From positions 124,001 through 188,000 of IMG/VR virus record IMGVR_UViG_3300034104_003795: 64,000 nt of DNA, one strand, 5' to 3'. The translations under genes were made by a program, and so were the position numbers. Positions 58,857 to 64,000 of the stretch are shown one piece after another (position 1 is the stretch's first letter; each line of letters starts with the position of its first letter). The notes beneath the pieces were generated by a model, which saw only the letters and a list, made by a program, of their open reading frames with translations, was not told the DNA's origin and did no database searches.

Positions 58857-58864
58857 ATAAATAT
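58857..58864 (-). promoter_or_regulatory. Candidate late-promoter motif ATATTTAT (representative copy, upstream of tube gene)
   Basis: The same 8-mer sits in about 11 short intergenic gaps (listed in findings). Confidence 0.55.
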
Positions 58865-58885
58865 TCAATTTACTGCTTTCCAATA

Positions 58886-61222
58886 TTATGCTGAGAAACT
58901 TGCTCCAGTTGGTAAGATGTTGAAATCAATTACGATGAATTCCGCGGTCTTAGTTGGTTGAAGGAAGATAGCTCCTGCTAATATGTTTCTATCAATTACA
59001 TCCGGTGTGTTATTTGTGTCATCCATTACAACGTTGAAAGCGTATAAGCCTTGTCTTTGTTGAATTGATTCCAAATAAGGAGTTACAGTATTGATAAATC
59101 TGCTTCTCGTTTCAGAAGTATTTTGTTCAAATACTAAATATCTAGATGTAGATGCAATAAATTTCTTCACAGCAATCAATAATCTTCTTACGTTGATTCT
59201 ATCTAATGCCGATGCTTTATCTTGCAATGTTTTTTGTCCGAATGCTACAATACCTTGTCCAGGGAATGAAGCGATTGGGTTTACTTTGTTCTCATATAGA
59301 GTATCTCTTTCAGCGTGTGTAAGTCTATTCAATACACTCACAGCACCGATAATACCACCTCTATTTAAACCAGCAGGTGCAAACCATTCTGCAGATAATC
59401 TATCACTACTTGCAAATACTGCAGGTAATAATACTGATGGTGGAACAGTTGTCATTTTATTGGTATTAACATCAATTGTTTTTAACCAAGGATAGTAACA
59501 AGCTGCGTAGTTTGAATCAACTGCGTTTGCTTGTTCAGTTGCGGTTGTTATTGATGAATCATAATCAGTAAAATCAGCAATATAGAAACAATCTTGTCTG
59601 TCTTCACACATATCAATTATTCTTTGTGTGATTGCAGGATGTAATTCTCTATTGATACCAGGTGCCGCAACTAAATTAATATCATATTCATCAGGATTAG
59701 ATAAAGCGTTGATTGCTTTAGTATATCCGATTGAACCAGATGTAGTTGATGCTCCACAATTGAAGCCTTGGTTATTAGATGCACCCCATATATCATTACC
59801 ATTTAGGTCTTTATCACCAGCTTTAGCGATAGGAATTGTTGGATTAACACCATCAAATCCACCCTGGAATGCTACTAAAAATTGTCTTTTAACCATATCA
59901 ACAGCTGCTGAACCGGTCATCTTATAAGTTAATTGCGAATCAAATGCAAACAATGTATTTGCACCATTTGTTGCATTTTTAGGAATTGGTTTTAAATATT
60001 GAGTGTTATCGATAACAACACCAGTTGTTTCATAATCAAATCCAGAGAAATAAACTGGAGATGATGATGTGTTATTAGCAGAACCAGTCTGATATGTAAC
60101 TGCAGGGATTAAACTATCACTTGCAGTAGTTTTGATTGGTAATTCATATGCTCCATGTCCAAATGGTGCTGCTGAAATAGGGAATGAACCCTCTTTAGCA
60201 ACTTCAACTCTTATATGAAGTGATTTGTTTGTGTAATCACCAAATTCAGTAATTTTACCATTTGCATCAGTTTCAAAATATCTGTCACCGATTACTCTAG
60301 CAATATATCTAGGAGATGATGGGTCTAAATTTACATTATTCCATGTTTCACTTACACTCTTTCTCTTATCAGTATCACCATATGTTCTAAGCGTTACAGA
60401 GAATACAGCATAATCAGTTGAACCATCTTCACCAGCTGCTCTTACATTTGAAATACCAATTTTGTATTTCTTATTATAAACATTACCATGTCCAATTGTA
60501 TGGAAACGGAAAAGGTCATATCTTATATCGTTATTATCTTTTTGTGATACAATCCAAGGAGTAGATGCTACAGTTGCATCGTTAGTAAAATCTTGTGTTG
60601 GTAATTGTACTACACTAATTACAACACCTTGTGCACCACCACCATCGGTATCATATTCACTTGCTACATTTTCAAAATAAGTGTATGAATATGCATGTTT
60701 AGAACCAAATGCAGATTCACCAAATACATCTCTAATATCATTTTGAGATGATGGTAATACAGATGCAGAAACCAAACCAATACCAGAGCCAGATAGTAAG
60801 AAAGAACCAGAAAACGCCGCTCTACCATCATTTGTTAGAACTGAACTTGGGAAACCCACAGTCTCATCTCCAACTCTTGTTGAATGTAGAGTTGCAACGA
60901 TTTTTTCTCCAAATGAACCAGATGCTTTAATTGCAATTGGTGATGTTTGGAAATAACCACCGATTCCACCAACTCTTACAATTGTTGCTGAACCCGCTTC
61001 TCTTAAATAATTTTGTACTGCGTATTCAGTATAATAAGTTCCATCAGGTGTTCCAAAAATAGTTTCAAACTCTGATTGAGTTCTTACTACAGTTGGTACA
61101 TATACAGGTCCTTGTTTGAAAGGTCCTATAAATGCGCCACCAATTTCACCTACTCCCTGTGCTAAGAAGGACAGGTCATTTTCTCTTGTGAATACACCAG
61201 GTGATACAATTCTTTCTGCCAT
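58886..61222 (-). CDS. Contractile tail sheath protein (gp18-like)
   Basis: SPGVFTRENDLS, WFAPAGLNRG, GQKTLQ..SALDRINVRRLL and PTKTAEFI. Confidence 0.95.
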   Translation of the reverse strand: MAERIVSPGVFTRENDLSFLAQGVGEIGGAFIGPFKQGPVYVPTVVRTQSEFETIFGTPDGTYYTEYAVQNYLREAGSATIVRVGGIGGYFQTSPIAIKASGSFGEKIVATLHSTRVGDETVGFPSSVLTNDGRAAFSGSFLLSGSGIGLVSASVLPSSQNDIRDVFGESAFGSKHAYSYTYFENVASEYDTDGGGAQGVVISVVQLPTQDFTNDATVASTPWIVSQKDNNDIRYDLFRFHTIGHGNVYNKKYKIGISNVRAAGEDGSTDYAVFSVTLRTYGDTDKRKSVSETWNNVNLDPSSPRYIARVIGDRYFETDANGKITEFGDYTNKSLHIRVEVAKEGSFPISAAPFGHGAYELPIKTTASDSLIPAVTYQTGSANNTSSSPVYFSGFDYETTGVVIDNTQYLKPIPKNATNGANTLFAFDSQLTYKMTGSAAVDMVKRQFLVAFQGGFDGVNPTIPIAKAGDKDLNGNDIWGASNNQGFNCGASTTSGSIGYTKAINALSNPDEYDINLVAAPGINRELHPAITQRIIDMCEDRQDCFYIADFTDYDSSITTATEQANAVDSNYAACYYPWLKTIDVNTNKMTTVPPSVLLPAVFASSDRLSAEWFAPAGLNRGGIIGAVSVLNRLTHAERDTLYENKVNPIASFPGQGIVAFGQKTLQDKASALDRINVRRLLIAVKKFIASTSRYLVFEQNTSETRSRFINTVTPYLESIQQRQGLYAFNVVMDDTNNTPDVIDRNILAGAIFLQPTKTAEFIVIDFNILPTGASFSA

Positions 61223-61291
61223 TTTATTTCTCCGATTTGATTTTGATTGTTGGTATTATTTTTTTATAACAATACACATATAAATATAATG

Positions 61292-61336
61292 AAAATACCC
61301 AAAACACAATTTTATTAGTTAAAGTGCTTTGGGTAT
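61292..61336 (-). terminator. Hairpin / possible terminator after 61359..61784
   Basis: ATACCCAAAGCAC-N16-GTGTTTTGGGTAT followed by TTTC. Confidence 0.5.
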
Positions 61337-61358
61337 ATACTATTTTTAAATTAATCTA

Positions 61359-61784
61359 CTAATCAGCTTGAGCTGCGTATAATGCTTGTCCAGATAATGG
61401 GTCTGGAGTTACTGAACCAGATAATGAACCTGAATACCAAGGTAATTCGGTTTCATTAACGATTTGTACAACATTTCGTTGACCATCTATATCTTTTTGG
61501 ATTCTACCAATTATATGGTCCCAATAATTTGTTGCTGTATTTGAACCACTAACGTGATTTTTTATCCATCCTAATACTTGCTCTTCTGTCAATTCATTAT
61601 ATGCCGTAAAAGTACTTACATTAACTTCCGCTGCTTTAAATGGAGTTGCTCCAGTGAATTTTGCACTATATCCGTCATCATCGGTAACTACTACTTCCCA
61701 GTTAGTTCCAATAATAACGCCTTCAAGACCTTCGTGATTTTGTTTTCTTAGGCCCTTTAATGACCAACTTTGTGTATATCCCAT
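61359..61784 (-). CDS. Tail-fibre-associated hypothetical protein
   Basis: FTAYNELTEEQVLGWI...LPW pattern, common next to phage fibre genes. Confidence 0.6.
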   Translation of the reverse strand: MGYTQSWSLKGLRKQNHEGLEGVIIGTNWEVVVTDDDGYSAKFTGATPFKAAEVNVSTFTAYNELTEEQVLGWIKNHVSGSNTATNYWDHIIGRIQKDIDGQRNVVQIVNETELPWYSGSLSGSVTPDPLSGQALYAAQAD

Positions 61785-61835
61785 AGCTTACTATTTTATC
61801 TATAAATATATGTGTTTTTAAAAAAAGTAACCAAT

Positions 61836-64000
61836 TTAGTTTTTATTTAAAATTTTATAAACTATTGTTTTCAGTTCTTCAATTTGTTTATTTTGATTTT
61901 CTATAATTTCTTGTTGTTCTTTAACCGATTGTATAAGTACAGGAACAATCTTTTCTAATTGAACTGTCTTATAGTGTTCTCCACTTATAGATTTACCATC
62001 TCCTAACGCATCAAATGGTGCCGGTTTAATTGCTTGTGGTATTACCTTTTCAACTTCTTGCGCAATTACTCCAATATCATGTCTATCAATTGGATTAAAC
62101 CCTAACGAATCAACCATCTCTTTCCAATCAAAATAAACACCTCTTAATTGCTTCAACATTCCCAATGCATCACTAATTGTAGTAATATTTTCTTTCAATC
62201 TTTCATCCGATGAATATGCAACAACGTTACCAGCTGCATACATGTCACCGCTAGCGTTTAACTGCCATCTGTTATTTGACATTGACCAGCCACCAATACG
62301 AATCCAGTTATCACCATCCAATCCCATATTAGTTGCAAATACACCGGTCTTATGCCAAGATAAGAATGCAGAGTTATTACCTTCCGAATATGCCTGTAAG
62401 TTGGCAGTATCGTTCATATAATAACCTCTATTTACATTAAATTGGAATTGGTTATTTGACTGAGAGAATCCACCATTAGTATTTGTGTATCTAAATCTAC
62501 CATCACCTGCACTAGAACCAAAGTAGTATCCAGTATCATCTAAATCATAGTAAATTCTTGCTTGTATATCGGAATTTACTAAAACAGTATTACCGGTGTG
62601 CCAGTTAAGGTACATTGGATATCCTGGTCTAGCATCAATATGTAAGTTACCGTTTGATGTGAACATTTGTGCCCAATCACCTATATGGTTGTTAGCACCA
62701 ACTCTTAAATAAGCTCCCCACCACCAGTTAGGTCCGTGAAGTGTACCACCTCTGATTCTTAAACCTTGGTTATCGGTATTGTGTTGGTCTAAATAGTATC
62801 CAGTATCTTGGTTATCATAGAAAATTGGTGCTCTCAATGAACCACCTGCTTCCAAATATTGGTCTACATATACACCCCATCCGGTTGTTACCATTCTTCT
62901 GGAACCTGCATAGTACATATTCAATTCAGCACCACTCATATACCAAATCCAACCTCTAGCACTATCATGTAAACCGATATTATCACCCAGTGTACTCATT
63001 AGAGTATATCTACTACCCACACCATATCCATACCAACCATTTCTGCCACCACCATAAGTTGCAATATGTCCATAAGGGTTACCCTCACACTCCGGTGACC
63101 AAATACCTCTACCATACGATTCCCAATATACACCGGTACATCCTTGTGGTCTGAACCAGTTATTTGCTAATACATAGTGAAGTTGAGATGTACCATTAGG
63201 GTCTAATCTATATCCAGAATCATTTCTATCATAATAGATATTAGAATAAATTTCACCAAATCCATACCCACCATATCCATTCATTTCAATATATCCATAA
63301 TATCTGGTTGGTCTATTGGTGTAATACTGCATATAAATGTCATATCCACAATATGAATCTATGTGTAAATTTCCAGGTAAGTAAATTCTACCACAACCAT
63401 TTCTAGATATAATTTCAGAATCTACAGTAATTCTACTTAATGCAGAAGTACCATTAGGGTCTGAATAGAATCCTGTATTATTACTATCATATACGATTGT
63501 AGCGTAGAAATCATTAGAATATTCATTTAGGCCATACATTGCTATTTTTCTCCAACCAGAAGGTGAAGACCAAACATTTCTAAACCATAATCCACTAATA
63601 GGTCCACCAACCATTTGCCAACCATATCCACAACCATATCCACAAGTGTAGTGAGCCGTTTGAATACCAGTCCAGTGAGATGTACCCGCTGGTTGGTTAC
63701 CAGGGTTACCCCAGCTATCAAAGAATCCACTACCCCAGTTCCAAACGGAGTTAAGGTCAGTTGTACCCCAACCCATTGAACCAACCCAATAGTTACTATC
63801 ACCAGTGAAATCCCAACGAGGTGAATTATATTTTGCGGTATTACCCATAGAAGCTTTTGTTCTATCGGTAAATCTATTCATATTGGATGTACCATTACCA
63901 TCAAAATAGTATCCAGTATCGTGGTCATAGAATATAGAAGCTCTAGCATCTGCATCAAAGTAAACACCATGCGATTCAGTTACCATTCTACGGTTTCCAG
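61836..64000 (-). CDS. Long tail fibre, C-terminal part with peptidase S74 intramolecular chaperone (5'-partial)
   Basis: The frame is open to the window edge (GNRRMVT matches internal GSRRMVT). Five IxYDxxDTGYYxD repeats; YSSDERLKENI...GVIAQE...coiled-coil end. Confidence 0.85.
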   Translation of the reverse strand, partial: GNRRMVTESHGVYFDADARASIFYDHDTGYYFDGNGTSNMNRFTDRTKASMGNTAKYNSPRWDFTGDSNYWVGSMGWGTTDLNSVWNWGSGFFDSWGNPGNQPAGTSHWTGIQTAHYTCGYGCGYGWQMVGGPISGLWFRNVWSSPSGWRKIAMYGLNEYSNDFYATIVYDSNNTGFYSDPNGTSALSRITVDSEIISRNGCGRIYLPGNLHIDSYCGYDIYMQYYTNRPTRYYGYIEMNGYGGYGFGEIYSNIYYDRNDSGYRLDPNGTSQLHYVLANNWFRPQGCTGVYWESYGRGIWSPECEGNPYGHIATYGGGRNGWYGYGVGSRYTLMSTLGDNIGLHDSARGWIWYMSGAELNMYYAGSRRMVTTGWGVYVDQYLEAGGSLRAPIFYDNQDTGYYLDQHNTDNQGLRIRGGTLHGPNWWWGAYLRVGANNHIGDWAQMFTSNGNLHIDARPGYPMYLNWHTGNTVLVNSDIQARIYYDLDDTGYYFGSSAGDGRFRYTNTNGGFSQSNNQFQFNVNRGYYMNDTANLQAYSEGNNSAFLSWHKTGVFATNMGLDGDNWIRIGGWSMSNNRWQLNASGDMYAAGNVVAYSSDERLKENITTISDALGMLKQLRGVYFDWKEMVDSLGFNPIDRHDIGVIAQEVEKVIPQAIKPAPFDALGDGKSISGEHYKTVQLEKIVPVLIQSVKEQQEIIENQNKQIEELKTIVYKILNKN

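Noticed and set aside
1323-60930. All other plus-strand and nested short ORFs in the track
   Set aside because: Each lies antisense to or inside a longer minus-strand gene with recognisable motifs.
1-64000. Stop-codon reassignment, as seen in some Bacteroidota phages
   Set aside because: Core genes are full length under code 11 with high coding density, and TAG is used as a genuine stop (57455..57457, 57259..57261).

Overview
This is a 64 kb, AT-rich piece of a large T4-like myophage genome. All credible genes are on the minus strand. Eleven intergenic matches to the Bacteroidota -33/-7 promoter (TTTG-N19/20-TAnnTTTG, three with a variant last base) and A-rich start regions without a Shine-Dalgarno sequence point to a Bacteroidota host. 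Read in transcription order (right to left), the window has five parts. (1) A contractile tail module: partial S74-chaperone tail fibre, sheath, tube, chaperone with a probable programmed frameshift, tape measure and baseplate genes. (2) A tmRNA with an unusually long tag, a minimal PolA-like gene, a signal-peptide nuclease, a 1412 aa ParB-domain protein and a GH19 endolysin. (3) A T4-like replication core: SSB, RecA, 5'-3' exonuclease, helicase, class II RNR, thioredoxin, clamp, PolB, dUTPase, clamp loader and a Cas4-like nuclease. An AsnB-like amidotransferase, GNAT and three amino-methyltransferase-fold genes are embedded in it. (4) Two GT4 genes, a Ser/Thr-rich collagen-like fibre and a subtilisin. 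(5) A glycan-biosynthesis cluster built around a RuBisCO-like (form IV) protein, a cupin, two BcbE-like nucleotidyltransferases (one fused to a HAD), WecB, several glycosyltransferases and FkbM. The best candidates for undescribed systems are the RuBisCO-like sugar pathway, possibly glycosylating the virion, and the AsnB-GNAT-MTase operon, possibly a DNA hypermodification pathway. All family calls come from motif recognition by eye; no database search was run.
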